64,000 nt of DNA from Opitutales bacterium (GTDB lineage: Bacteria > Verrucomicrobiota > Verrucomicrobiia > Opitutales > UBA2987), in NCBI GenBank assembly GCA_965226885.1, contig CBDDEL010000011.1:64001-128000 (forward strand), read 5' to 3'. A model generated the notes under the pieces. The model saw only the letters and a list, made by a program, of their open reading frames with translations, ran no database searches and was not told the origin of the DNA. Numbering within the stretch: the stretch's first letter is position 1; every line of letters begins with the position of its first letter. The translations under genes were made by a program, and so were the position numbers. Of this stretch, positions 53,605 to 64,000 are shown one piece after another.

Positions 53605-56600
53605 ATGTCAACACGCAAAAACTTCGGGAAACTGGTAGAGGTAATCGCCCCTCCCAACTTGATTCAAAACCAGATCGATTCCTTCAAAGAATTTCTGCAG
53701 CCCGGCTCGACACCGAGCGGACGCCGGCAAGTTGGCTTGCAGGCGGTGTTCAGCGAGGTCTTTCCGATCGAAAGTTACGATGGGAGGGCTTCCCTCGACT
53801 ATCTCACCTATTCCCTCTCCGGGCCGAGAATGACGGAGATGGAGTGCTTGCGGGAGGGCGTCACCTACTCCATTTCCCTCTACGTCAAGCTGCGGCTGAA
53901 GGAAGAGGAGGCGATCAAGGATGAGGAAATCTACATGGGCGAGATGCCCATGATCACCGAGCGCGGCTCCTTTATCATCAACGGGGCCGAGCGTGTTGTG
54001 GTGAGCCAGTTGCACCGCTCGCCCGGCATCTGTTTCGAGGAGACCCCGCACACCAGCGGCAAGATGCTTTTCTCCTTCCGCATTATCCCGGATCGGGGAA
54101 CTTGGCTGGAAGTTCAATTTGATCAGAACGACCTTCTCTATGTCTATCTGGACCGCCGCCGCCGCCGCCGCAAATTCCTCATCACAACGCTACTCCGGTC
54201 CATGGGCTACAGTTCCGATTACGATATCCTCAACCTTTTTTACAACATCGAGGAAGTCGATGTTAAATCTGTGCTGGAACTCGGCAATGTGAGCCGGGTG
54301 GTGCTGGTGGAAGACCTCGTTGACGCCGAGCGCGGGGTCGTTCTGGCGCGCTCTTTCGAGCCTTTGACCAAAACCATTATTCGATCCATCGACGAGGCCG
54401 GAATCTCCAAGGTTCGGGTGATCGATACGATGGTTGACGATGGGGCCATCATTCGATGCCTGAAAAAAGACCCCACCCGCAACGAGGAGGAAGCTCTCAA
54501 AGAAATTTACAAACGGCTGCGCCCCGGCGAACCGCCCACCACGGCCAATGCCCGCGCTCTCCTGAAACGCCTTTTCCAGGATGCTAAACGCTATGATCTG
54601 GGCCGAGTGGGCCGCTACAAGATCAATCAAAAACTGTCTTTGGACATAGATCTCAATTACCGCACCCTGAAGGCCGAAGACATTGTCGCGGCGACGAAAT
54701 ACCTGGTTCGACTGAAACGCGGCTCCGGCATCGTGGACGACATCGACCACCTCGGCAGCCGGCGGGTTCGCACCGTGGGCGAGCTGCTCATGAACCAGTG
54801 CCGCATCGGCCTGGCCCGCACCGAGCGCCTGGTAAAAGAACGGATGACCCTTTACGACCAGAGCGTGGACAGCATAACGCCGCAGAAACTCATCAACCCC
54901 AAGGCTCTGAGCACCGTCATCCGGGATTTCTTCGCCCGCAGCCAGCTCAGTCAGTTCATGGATCAAATCAATCCCCTGGCCGAGCTTACCCATAAGCGGC
55001 GGCTTTCCGCTTTGGGCCCGGGAGGGCTCAACCGGGAACGGGCCGGGTTTGAAGTGCGCGATGTGCACCCATCTCATTATGGCCGCATCTGCCCCATCGA
55101 AACCCCCGAAGGGCCCAATATCGGGCTGATCAATTCCCTGGCCATATACTCGCACATCAATGAGTTCGGCTTCATCGAAACCCCGTATCGCATCATCGAA
55201 AACGGCAAAGCCACGGATGAGGTGTCCTACCTTAACGCCGATAAGGAAGAGGACCTCGTCATAGCCCAGGCTAATTCGGAAATCGCCGAGGACGGTTCCC
55301 TGATAGGGCCCGTCACGGTACGCAAAGGGGACAACTTTCTCGAGATGGAGCCAAGTAAGGTTAATTACATGGATGTATCGCCCAAGCAGATCATCTCCGT
55401 GGCCGCGGGCCTGATTCCTTTTCTGGAGCACGATGACGCCAATCGCGCGCTCATGGGATCCAACATGATGCGCCAGGGGGTGCCTTTGTTGAGGACGGAG
55501 TCCCCCTTCGTCGGCACTGGCATTGAAGACCGGGTCGCTACAGATTCCAAGACCATTTTGAAAGCTGAAGAGGATGGCATTGTGGCTCGGGTTGACTCGC
55601 AGCGCATTGCCATCTCCAGGGACGGGGAGCTTCCCCTGCGCTTCGACCGCAATCCCAAAACCGATGCCAAAAACGGCATCTACTTCTATGAACTGCGCAA
55701 ATTCATGCGTTCCAATGCTGGCACCTGCTTCAACCAGAAGCCCATCGTGAGCAAAGGCGAAAAAGTGACCAAAGGGCAAGTTATCGTCGACGGCGCGGCC
55801 ACCGATGACGGTGAACTGGCTTTGGGGCGCAATGTGCTCGTCGCCTTCATGCCGTGGAACGGCTACAACTTCGAGGACGCTATCCTCATCAGCGAAAAAC
55901 TGATCAAGGACGACATCTTTACCTCGATCCATATTGAAGAATTCGAGGTGACCGCCAGGGACACCAAACTGGGCCCCGAGGAAATTACCCGGGACATTCC
56001 CAATGTGGGCGAGGAAGCCCTCAAGAACCTCAACCACGATGGGGTTGTGCGGGTGGGCGCCGAAGTCAAGCCGGGAGATATTTTGGTGGGTAAAATTACC
56101 CCTAAAAGCGAAACCGCACTAGCTCCCGAGGAAAAACTGCTGCGGGCCATTTTCGGGGAAAAAGCGGCCGATGTAAAAGATACCTCGCTACTCGTTCCGT
56201 CGGGAGTATTCGGCATCATCATGGATGTCAAGATAAGCACCCGGTTCGAAGCCGAGAAAGAAAAACTCAGTCCCTCCGACCGGCGCCGCCAAATAAAGAA
56301 GATCAACGAGGAATATCGTTCCCAAATGGACCGGCTGAAGGAAAACCTGACCGAGTCCCTTTCCAACATATTGCTGGGTGAAAAAATTCCTTTGGATGTG
56401 ATCAACATGGAAAGCAACGAGATCATTATCCCGGCCAACCGCAAAATTACCAAGACCCTCCTGCGGCGTTTGGCTGCGGTCTACAAGACGGTCGAAATCG
56501 ATCCATCGCCGGTGCGGATCAAGATAATGGAAATCATCAACACCTTCTCCGTCAAATTCGACGAGCTCGATAATGACCGAGATCGCAAAATCGAATCGAT

Positions 56601-57384
56601 CGAGGCCGGCGACGATATCGATTCCGGAGTTATCAAAAATGTAAAGGTCTATGTGGCCACCAAGCGTAAGGTGCAGGTGGGCGACAAAATGGCCGGGCGC
56701 CATGGCAACAAGGGAGTCATCGCCAAGATCGTGCCGGAAGAAGACATGCCCTTCCTGCCGGACGGAACGCCCATTGAGATTTGCCTCAATCCCCTCGGGG
56801 TGCCCAGCCGGATGAATGTCGGCCAGGTCCTCGAAACCCATCTGGGGTGGGCTTGCAAGAAACTTGGCATCAAGGTGGCCACGCCGGTATTCGACGGAAT
56901 TTCGGAAAAACGGGTTCGCGGCTACCTCAAGGAGGCCGGTTTGCCCGAGAGCGGGAAAAGCATTTTGGTCGATGGGCGCTCCGGCGAGCCGTTTGACCAG
57001 GAGGTGGTGGTCGGCTATATCTACATGATGAAGCTGAACCATCTAGTAGCCGACAAAATCCATGCCCGCGCGGTGGGCCCCTACAGCTTGATCACCCAGC
57101 AGCCCCTGGGAGGAAAAGCCCAGTATGGGGGCCAGCGTTTTGGCGAAATGGAAGTTTGGGCCCTGGAAGCCTACGGGGCCGCCTATACCTTGCAGGAACT
57201 GCTTACCGTCAAATCGGACGATGTGCAGGGGCGGACCAAAATTTACGAATCGCTGGTCAAGGGCGACAACAGCCTGCAAGCGGGAACCCCTCAATCATTC
57301 AATGTGTTGATGAAAGAAATGCAAAGCCTCTGCCTCGACATACGGCTCGAATCGGCGGACAGCCTGGGCAGTTTTGGGCTATGA
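53605..57384 (+). CDS. rpoB: RNA polymerase beta
   Basis: [31 protein letters not shown]. Confidence 0.99.
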   Translation: MSTRKNFGKLVEVIAPPNLIQNQIDSFKEFLQPGSTPSGRRQVGLQAVFSEVFPIESYDGRASLDYLTYSLSGPRMTEMECLREGVTYSISLYVKLRLKEEEAIKDEEIYMGEMPMITERGSFIINGAERVVVSQLHRSPGICFEETPHTSGKMLFSFRIIPDRGTWLEVQFDQNDLLYVYLDRRRRRRKFLITTLLRSMGYSSDYDILNLFYNIEEVDVKSVLELGNVSRVVLVEDLVDAERGVVLARSFEPLTKTIIRSIDEAGISKVRVIDTMVDDGAIIRCLKKDPTRNEEEALKEIYKRLRPGEPPTTANARALLKRLFQDAKRYDLGRVGRYKINQKLSLDIDLNYRTLKAEDIVAATKYLVRLKRGSGIVDDIDHLGSRRVRTVGELLMNQCRIGLARTERLVKERMTLYDQSVDSITPQKLINPKALSTVIRDFFARSQLSQFMDQINPLAELTHKRRLSALGPGGLNRERAGFEVRDVHPSHYGRICPIETPEGPNIGLINSLAIYSHINEFGFIETPYRIIENGKATDEVSYLNADKEEDLVIAQANSEIAEDGSLIGPVTVRKGDNFLEMEPSKVNYMDVSPKQIISVAAGLIPFLEHDDANRALMGSNMMRQGVPLLRTESPFVGTGIEDRVATDSKTILKAEEDGIVARVDSQRIAISRDGELPLRFDRNPKTDAKNGIYFYELRKFMRSNAGTCFNQKPIVSKGEKVTKGQVIVDGAATDDGELALGRNVLVAFMPWNGYNFEDAILISEKLIKDDIFTSIHIEEFEVTARDTKLGPEEITRDIPNVGEEALKNLNHDGVVRVGAEVKPGDILVGKITPKSETALAPEEKLLRAIFGEKAADVKDTSLLVPSGVFGIIMDVKISTRFEAEKEKLSPSDRRRQIKKINEEYRSQMDRLKENLTESLSNILLGEKIPLDVINMESNEIIIPANRKITKTLLRRLAAVYKTVEIDPSPVRIKIMEIINTFSVKFDELDNDRDRKIESIEAGDDIDSGVIKNVKVYVATKRKVQVGDKMAGRHGNKGVIAKIVPEEDMPFLPDGTPIEICLNPLGVPSRMNVGQVLETHLGWACKKLGIKVATPVFDGISEKRVRGYLKEAGLPESGKSILVDGRSGEPFDQEVVVGYIYMMKLNHLVADKIHARAVGPYSLITQQPLGGKAQYGGQRFGEMEVWALEAYGAAYTLQELLTVKSDDVQGRTKIYESLVKGDNSLQAGTPQSFNVLMKEMQSLCLDIRLESADSLGSFGL

Positions 57385-57461
57385 CTACCGTTTCCTCATC
57401 AGACATAAATTAAATTAGTTAATTCATTCATTTTATCAGTTAATAATCCATTACCGAACTT

Positions 57462-60400
57462 ATGAGCACTCAAGAAGTAAGAGAAGTTCTCGGCCTCGAA
57501 AAAGATCAGTCCTTCGATGTCGTTTCCATCACGGTAGCCTCACCAGACATCATCCGGTCCTGGTCGCGCGGGGAGGTCAAAAATCCCGAAACGATCAATT
57601 ACCGCACCTTCAAGCCTGAGCCTGGGGGGCTTTTTTGCCAGCGTATATTTGGGCCGGTGCGTGATTACGAATGCGCCTGCGGTAAATTCAAACGCATCAA
57701 ATACAAGGGCGTGTTGTGCGATCGCTGCGGGGTGGAGGTAACCGTCTCACGTGTGCGGCGTGAGCGCATGGGCCACATCGAGCTGGCCGTTCCGGTTACC
57801 CATATCTGGTTTCTCAAAAGCATGCCCAGCCGGTTGGGGCTGCTCCTCGACCTGACGGCGCGTAACCTGGAGCGGGTCATCTATTACGAGAACTACCTGG
57901 TGACCAATCCAGGCAAAACGGCGCTGGAGGAAAAACAGCTTTTAACCGAGCAGGAATATCTGCAGGCGATCGATGAATACGGTGATGATTCTTTTGAAGC
58001 GAAGATGGGGGCCATCGCCCTGCAGGAAGTTCTCCAGCGCATGGATTTGCCCTCCCTGGTGGACGAACTGCACGACAAGATGCACAGCACCCGCTCCAAG
58101 CAAATTAAGAAAAAACTCTCTAAAAGGCTCAAAGTCATTGGCGGTTTCATAGGATCGAACACCTCGCCCAGCTGGATGGTGTTGGAGGTTCTCCCGGTCA
58201 TCCCGCCGGACCTGCGCCCCCTCGTGCCCCTGGAAGGCGGCCGTTTCGCCACCAGCGACCTGAACGACCTTTACCGGCGCGTCATCAACCGCAATAACCG
58301 GTTGAAAAACCTACTCCAACTAAAGACTCCAGACGTTATCATCCACAACGAGAAACGTATGCTGCAGGAAGCGGTGGACGCCCTTTTCGATAACGGGCGG
58401 CATGGCCGGGCCGTGACCGGGGCAGGGAATCGGCCCCTCAAGTCTATGAGCGACATGCTCAAGGGTAAACAGGGCCGGTTTCGCCAGAATTTGCTCGGCA
58501 AGCGCGTTGATTACAGCGGCCGCTCCGTCATCGTCATCGGGCCGGAATTAAAGCTGCACCAGTGCGGCCTGCCCAAGAAAATGGCCCTCGTGCTTTTCGA
58601 GCCATTTATCATCCGGCGGCTGAAAGAACTGGGATTCGTCCACACCGTGCGCGGGGCTCGCAAAATGATCGAGAAGAAATCCCCCGAAGTGTGGGATATT
58701 TTGGAGGAAGTGACCAAGGGACACCCTGTCCTGCTCAATCGCGCGCCCACCTTGCACCGGCTTTCCATCCAGGCCTTCGAGCCCGTTCTCATCGAGGGTG
58801 ACGCCATCCGCATCCATCCGTTGGTGTGCACGGCCTACAATGCCGATTTTGACGGCGACCAGATGTCCGTCCACGTACCCCTTTCCCTGGAGGCCGTGAT
58901 GGAGTGCAAGCTGCTCATGATGTCCACCCACAACATTTTTTCCCCCTCCAGCGGCAAACCCATCCTGACTCCTTCCCAGGATATTGTTTTGGGTTCCTAT
59001 TATCTGACCCTGGACCCGCGCAAACCATTGCCTACAGATAAACGGCTGCCCCTCTTTACCAATACCCAGGAGGTTCTCCTGGCCGAGGGCGACGGACTCC
59101 TCAAGAGGCATGACTGGGTGCAGTTTGTGAATCCTGATTACGGCAGGGAGACGATTTACGGCAATAGCACCCGCAAAATCTTGCGCACCACGGTGGGGCG
59201 GGTGATTTTCAACGATATTTGGCCGCCTGAGGTCGGCTTCGTCAATTCCTCGGTGCCCAAGGCCAAACTGGGGGACCTCATTTTGCAAACTTACCTGGCA
59301 GGTGGCAAAAAGACCACTGTCGAGGTACTCGACGTCCTCAAGGAACTCGGCTTTGCCTACGCCACCCGAGCCGGTATATCCATTGGCATCGGCGATATGA
59401 TCATCCCTCAGGACAAGCCGGGCATCATCAATGACGCACGGGGCAAGATCGAAGAAATCGAAGGCCAGTACCGCAAGGGGATCATCACCTCGGGGGAACG
59501 CTACAACAAAATTATCGATGCCTGGACCAGTGCCACCGACCAAATTGCCAAGTCCGTTTTCGACGGTTTGGAGGAGAACAAAGGTAAAGACGAAATCAAT
59601 CCGGTGTATCTAATGATGGACTCGGGCGCTCGTGGCAACCGCCAGCAGGTTCGCCAGCTTTGTGGCACTCGTGGGCTCATGGCCAAACCTTCGGGAGAAA
59701 TCATTGAGAGGCCGATCCTTTCCTCATTCCGGGAGGGGCTTTCAGTGCTCGAATACTTTATCTCTACCCACGGCGCCCGCAAGGGTTTGGCCGACACGGC
59801 GCTGAAGACTGCCGATGCCGGTTATCTGACCCGCAAACTCTGCGATGTGGCCATGGACGTCATCATAACCGATGAGGATGACGGCAATCGCGACGGAATC
59901 TGGAAACAAACCATTAACGAAGGAGATGACGAGATCGTCAGCCTCTATGACCGTATCGTGGGCCGCTGCGTCAGCGACGATATTTACAACCCTCTCGATC
60001 CGGTCGATTTGATTGTCGGAAACGGTAAAATGGTGACCGAGGAGATTGCCGCGCGAATCGAAGATTGCGGTGTTGACCGGGTAAAAATCATGTCCCCTTT
60101 GACCCATATGCATCGGTCCAACCTGCCGTCAATGGCCTATGGTATCAATCCGGGCACAAACAAACTGGTGGAGGTGGGAGCGGCCGTTGGCATCATTGCG
60201 GCCCAATCCATCGGGGAGCCGGGAACTCAGCTGACCATGCGGACTTTCCACATCGGAGGCATTGCCAGCCAGATTTTCAAGAATCCGGAAATCCGCGTTC
60301 GCAACGACGGAATGGTAAAATACGTGGGACTGAGGATGGTATCAACCGAGGAGGGCGCCAGCATCGTTCTCAATAAAACCGGATTCATTCATATCGTCGA

Positions 60401-61595
60401 TAATGACGAGAAGGAATTGGAAAACTATAGTATAGTGGCCGGTTCCATCCTCACCATACTCGACGGCCAGAAAATCGAAAAAGGAGCCATTCTGGCCATG
60501 TGGGATCCGCACCATGTGCCCATTCTTTCCGAAAAAGCCGGTATCATCGCCTTTCAGGATATGATTCCCGGTGTTACCGTTAAGAAGGAGATGGACGAGG
60601 CCACCGGGCAGATTGCCACGGTAGTTACCGAGCACAAGGAAGACCTCAATCCGGTCATCCAGATTCACCAAAAATCCGGCTCCTCGGCCAAGCCGACCAA
60701 AGGGAAATTGCTTGCCACATACTCGATTCCGACCGGCGCTCAAATTGTCGTCAACCAAGGGGATATCATCCACCCGGGAGCCCTTTTGGCCAAAACCCCG
60801 CGCCAGGCATCCAAGACCCAGGACATCACAGGCGGCCTACCCCGAGTGGCCGAATTGTTTGAAGCCCGCCGCCCCAAGGAAGCCACTGAAATGGCAAAAA
60901 TCGACGGTTTAGTTTCCTTCGGATCCATGGTTCGGGGGAAGAAGAAACTCATTGTAACTGACGAGGAATCGGGACAGGAAGAGAGCCACCTGATACCGCA
61001 CGGCAAACATATTATCGTGCAGGTGGGCGATCGTGTGAGCAAGGGACAGCACCTCACGGAAGGGTCTGCCGATCCGCACGAAATCCTTGAAATTCTGGGC
61101 CCCAACAAATTACAGGAATATCTGCTGGTTGAAATCCAAAAGGTTTACCGGTTGCAAGGTGTGGTTATCAACGATAAGCATATCGAAGTCATCGTTTCGC
61201 AAATGCTGCGCAAAGTGCGCATCACCGCGCCGGGCGATTCCGAATTTTTCTGGGGCGAGCAAGTGGATCGCCATGACTTCATGGATGAAAACGAACGCAT
61301 CATCGATGCCGGCGGCATGCCCGCCGAAGGCGAACCCATTCTCCTGGGCATCACCAAGGCTTCCATTGAGACGGAGAGCTTTATCTCCGCGGCTTCCTTC
61401 CAGGAAACCACCCGAGTCCTGACCGATGCTGCCACCCTGGGAAAAAAGGATCAGCTCAAAGGATTCAAGGAAAACGTCATCATGGGGCACCTCATACCGG
61501 CAGGCACGGGATTGCCTCGCTACCGGCGTTTACGCATTAATACTCTCGGTCCGGAAATGGCCGAGACCCTCACAGGCACGGAGAAGGCAGGTTAA
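57462..61595 (+). CDS. rpoC: RNA polymerase beta-prime
   Basis: [31 protein letters not shown]. Confidence 0.99.
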   Translation: MSTQEVREVLGLEKDQSFDVVSITVASPDIIRSWSRGEVKNPETINYRTFKPEPGGLFCQRIFGPVRDYECACGKFKRIKYKGVLCDRCGVEVTVSRVRRERMGHIELAVPVTHIWFLKSMPSRLGLLLDLTARNLERVIYYENYLVTNPGKTALEEKQLLTEQEYLQAIDEYGDDSFEAKMGAIALQEVLQRMDLPSLVDELHDKMHSTRSKQIKKKLSKRLKVIGGFIGSNTSPSWMVLEVLPVIPPDLRPLVPLEGGRFATSDLNDLYRRVINRNNRLKNLLQLKTPDVIIHNEKRMLQEAVDALFDNGRHGRAVTGAGNRPLKSMSDMLKGKQGRFRQNLLGKRVDYSGRSVIVIGPELKLHQCGLPKKMALVLFEPFIIRRLKELGFVHTVRGARKMIEKKSPEVWDILEEVTKGHPVLLNRAPTLHRLSIQAFEPVLIEGDAIRIHPLVCTAYNADFDGDQMSVHVPLSLEAVMECKLLMMSTHNIFSPSSGKPILTPSQDIVLGSYYLTLDPRKPLPTDKRLPLFTNTQEVLLAEGDGLLKRHDWVQFVNPDYGRETIYGNSTRKILRTTVGRVIFNDIWPPEVGFVNSSVPKAKLGDLILQTYLAGGKKTTVEVLDVLKELGFAYATRAGISIGIGDMIIPQDKPGIINDARGKIEEIEGQYRKGIITSGERYNKIIDAWTSATDQIAKSVFDGLEENKGKDEINPVYLMMDSGARGNRQQVRQLCGTRGLMAKPSGEIIERPILSSFREGLSVLEYFISTHGARKGLADTALKTADAGYLTRKLCDVAMDVIITDEDDGNRDGIWKQTINEGDDEIVSLYDRIVGRCVSDDIYNPLDPVDLIVGNGKMVTEEIAARIEDCGVDRVKIMSPLTHMHRSNLPSMAYGINPGTNKLVEVGAAVGIIAAQSIGEPGTQLTMRTFHIGGIASQIFKNPEIRVRNDGMVKYVGLRMVSTEEGASIVLNKTGFIHIVDNDEKELENYSIVAGSILTILDGQKIEKGAILAMWDPHHVPILSEKAGIIAFQDMIPGVTVKKEMDEATGQIATVVTEHKEDLNPVIQIHQKSGSSAKPTKGKLLATYSIPTGAQIVVNQGDIIHPGALLAKTPRQASKTQDITGGLPRVAELFEARRPKEATEMAKIDGLVSFGSMVRGKKKLIVTDEESGQEESHLIPHGKHIIVQVGDRVSKGQHLTEGSADPHEILEILGPNKLQEYLLVEIQKVYRLQGVVINDKHIEVIVSQMLRKVRITAPGDSEFFWGEQVDRHDFMDENERIIDAGGMPAEGEPILLGITKASIETESFISAASFQETTRVLTDAATLGKKDQLKGFKENVIMGHLIPAGTGLPRYRRLRINTLGPEMAETLTGTEKAG

Positions 61596-61631
61596 AAGAC
61601 CTCGCTAAAACTTCGGGCTACCAATATAGAG

Positions 61632-61702
61632 AACCATTCTCGCCTTTCTCACCGGGTACCATTCCGGGTGTTCGGGGCGAAATGGTTTATATTAAACTTT
61701 TT
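61632..61702 (+). terminator. Long stem-loop after rpoC
   Basis: AACCATT.TCGCC...GGCGAAATGGTT followed by a T-rich tract. Confidence 0.5.
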
Positions 61703-61774
61703 CTAAAATTCTTCTTGCACTGCACATAGGAACATTTACCTTTCTCGCTTTTCACAGAAAAGCGTCTGTGGCCC

Positions 61775-62164
61775 ATGCCTACTATTAATCAGCTAGTCCG
61801 CAAACCGCGGAAAATCATCAAGAGCAAATCGAAATCGCCCGCTTTGAAGGGCAACGCGTTTCGGCGCGGTGTTTGTGTACAGGTGATGACCCGCACTCCT
61901 AAAAAACCCAATTCGGCCATTAGAAAAGTTGCCAAAGTGCGCCTTACCAACGGCATAGAAGTCATCGCATATATTCCGGACGAAGGGCACAGCCTGCAGG
62001 AGCACAGTGTTGTTCTGGTGCGCGGCGGCAGAGTTAAGGACCTTCCCGGTGTGCGTTATCATATCGTGCGCGGGGCTCTCGATTGCTTAGGGGTGGAAAA
62101 ACGCCGGCGCAGCCGTTCAAAATACGGCGTTAAAAGGCCGAAGGACGCCAAGGCCAAGAAATAA
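61775..62164 (+). CDS. rpsL: 30S ribosomal protein S12
   Basis: [18 protein letters not shown]. Confidence 0.99.
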   Translation: MPTINQLVRKPRKIIKSKSKSPALKGNAFRRGVCVQVMTRTPKKPNSAIRKVAKVRLTNGIEVIAYIPDEGHSLQEHSVVLVRGGRVKDLPGVRYHIVRGALDCLGVEKRRRSRSKYGVKRPKDAKAKK

Positions 62165-62253
62165 CGATTGAATTTTGATTTCTCCGAAACTTCGCTAAAA
62201 ATTGAAGCGAGGGCGGGGAATCAGCAACAAACAGCAAGAAGCTTTTATAAATC

Positions 62254-62724
62254 ATGTCGCGAAGACGCCGAGCAGTCAAAAGGGAGCCAGTTCCCGAACC
62301 ACGCTACAACAGCGCTTTGGTCAGCAGCCTGATCAATGTGGTTATGCAGGACGGTAAAAAAACGACTGCCCAGAGGATCGTTTACGGGGCTTTCGAGCGT
62401 GTCAGCGAAAAGCTGGGCAAAGGAGATCCGGTGGACCTGCTAATGGGAGCGCTGGAAAATATCCGCCCCAAGCTAGAGGTAAAAAGCCGCCGCGTGGGGG
62501 GAACCACCTACCAGGTTCCGTTGGAAATTTCATTCGAACGGCAGCAGAGCCTCGCCTTCCGCTGGCTGCGCAGTGCCGCCCGCGGGCGCAAGGGTTCCAT
62601 GAAAGAATCGCTCGCTCAAGAAATCATCGACGCCTACAACAACACGGGGCAAGTCGTTAAGAAAAAGGACGACACCCACCGCATGGCGCAGTCCAACCGC
62701 GCTTTTGCCCACTTACGCTGGTAA
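62254..62724 (+). CDS. rpsG: 30S ribosomal protein S7
   Basis: [21 protein letters not shown]. Confidence 0.99.
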   Translation: MSRRRRAVKREPVPEPRYNSALVSSLINVVMQDGKKTTAQRIVYGAFERVSEKLGKGDPVDLLMGALENIRPKLEVKSRRVGGTTYQVPLEISFERQQSLAFRWLRSAARGRKGSMKESLAQEIIDAYNNTGQVVKKKDDTHRMAQSNRAFAHLRW

Positions 62725-62733
62725 AGAATTTCA

Positions 62734-64000
62734 ATGAGCATAGCTGCAACCATTTCTCCTGCGAACTCCAAAGATCGCCGGACCCCACTGGAGTATACCC
62801 GCAATATCGGTATTGCGGCCCATATCGACGCAGGCAAAACCACCACCACCGAACGGATGCTCTACTATACAGGAGTGGTCCACAAAATCGGTGAAGTGCA
62901 TGATGGTAATGCCACCACCGACTGGATGGAGCAGGAGCGCGAACGCGGCATCACCATCACTTCTGCAGCCATTTCTTGCGATTGGACCACCCGCGACGGG
63001 CCTTTCAGTGGTATCAGACACAAGATCAATATCATCGATACGCCCGGCCATGTCGATTTTACGGCAGAAGTCGAGCGGTCGCTGCGGGTTCTCGATGGCG
63101 CGGTAGGCGTATTTTGTGCGGTAGCCGGTGTTCAACCCCAGTCGGAAACCGTCTGGCGTCAAATGGACAAATACAAAGTGCCTCGGATTGCATTCATCAA
63201 TAAAATGGATCGAACCGGGGCTGATTTTTTTGGCGCAGTAGAGGATATCCGTAAGAAGTTGGGCGGCAACGCCCACCCGATCTATTTGCCCATCGGGGCC
63301 GAGGATCAATTTACGGGCCTGGTTGACCTGGTTACCATGAAAGCCCACCATTACAGCGCAGACGATCCGATGGGAATGGAATACGAAACCACCGAGGTTC
63401 CCGCCGACATGGTTGACCTGGCTTCGAAATACCGGGAGGCCCTCATTGAGGCGCTGGCCGATTTTGACGATGTCTTGGCCGAAAAATTTCTTGAAGGGGC
63501 GGAGGTGGAAGAGGGTGAAATCAAGGCGGCCGTGCGCAAAGCCACCGAGTCCCTCGAATTTCTAGGGGTCCTGCCCGGTACCGCATTTAAAAACAAGGGC
63601 GTGCAAATGCTCATGGATTGCATTGTAGACTACCTGCCCAACCCGCTCGACGTCCCCCCCATGGTCGGCCATTTGGACGATGGCGAAAGCCAGATGGAAA
63701 TTAAACCGGACGATGCGGCCGATTTAGCCGGGCTGGCCTTCAAGCTGGCCACCGATCCCTACGTGGGCAAACTCGTGTTTTTCCGGATTTACCAGGGCGA
63801 ACTGAGAAAAGGCAGCACACTTTACAATCCCCGCACCCGCCGTAAGGAACGCATCAGCCGTCTGATGGTTATGAAGGCCGATGCCCGCAAAGATATCGAA
63901 GTTGCTTATTCCGGCGACATTTGCGCCATCATCGGGGCCAAAGACATTATTACAGGGGACACCCTCTGCACCAGGGACCTCGATGTCCGGCTGGAGCCGC
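62734..64000 (+). CDS. fusA: Elongation factor G (partial, runs off window)
   Basis: [32 protein letters not shown]. Confidence 0.98.
   Translation, partial: MSIAATISPANSKDRRTPLEYTRNIGIAAHIDAGKTTTTERMLYYTGVVHKIGEVHDGNATTDWMEQERERGITITSAAISCDWTTRDGPFSGIRHKINIIDTPGHVDFTAEVERSLRVLDGAVGVFCAVAGVQPQSETVWRQMDKYKVPRIAFINKMDRTGADFFGAVEDIRKKLGGNAHPIYLPIGAEDQFTGLVDLVTMKAHHYSADDPMGMEYETTEVPADMVDLASKYREALIEALADFDDVLAEKFLEGAEVEEGEIKAAVRKATESLEFLGVLPGTAFKNKGVQMLMDCIVDYLPNPLDVPPMVGHLDDGESQMEIKPDDAADLAGLAFKLATDPYVGKLVFFRIYQGELRKGSTLYNPRTRRKERISRLMVMKADARKDIEVAYSGDICAIIGAKDIITGDTLCTRDLDVRLEP

Noticed and set aside
54152..54171. (CGC)n run in rpoB as a new expansion
   Set aside because: Encodes the basic DRRR..K motif region in frame; no evidence it is a recent event

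Overview
Bacterial chromosomal window, probably Verrucomicrobiota/Opitutales-like (inferred from RpoB/RpoC sequence style and a Trp-rich C-terminal domain). It has two contrasting halves. Bases 1-42 kb are a heavily eroded region: 17 IS segments of 7 types (IS5-like, IS1380, IS21, two IS3-family, two IS1-family) cover about 22 kb and are often nested. Between them lie intact housekeeping genes (exonuclease, hisN-like, dgt, NRAMP, pntAB, a desaturase/FabZ pair, tRNA-Gly) and several broken genes. Removing the IS plus one target-site copy rebuilds four genes in frame: a TylF-like methyltransferase, a 71-aa CxxC/HxxxH protein, a Tat-type sugar-phosphate isomerase and a SIR2-domain protein. Bases 42-64 kb are IS-free: mscS, TPR-ExbB-ExbD-TonB-like genes, then tRNA-Thr, tuf, tRNA-Trp, secE, nusG, rplKAJL, rpoBC, rpsL, rpsG and partial fusA. 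Main observations: (1) pervasive de novo 4-45 bp tandem duplications, polarised by comparing IS copies; (2) a candidate structured RNA with one compensatory change in the IS1380 3' end; (3) a hairpin motif shared by unrelated IS21 and IS3 3' ends; (4) a strict TANNTA target for the IS5-like element; (5) RpoC lacking all four second-site Zn cysteines; (6) a three-way-junction element abutting the rplL SD. No searches were run, so family calls rest on motif recognition.
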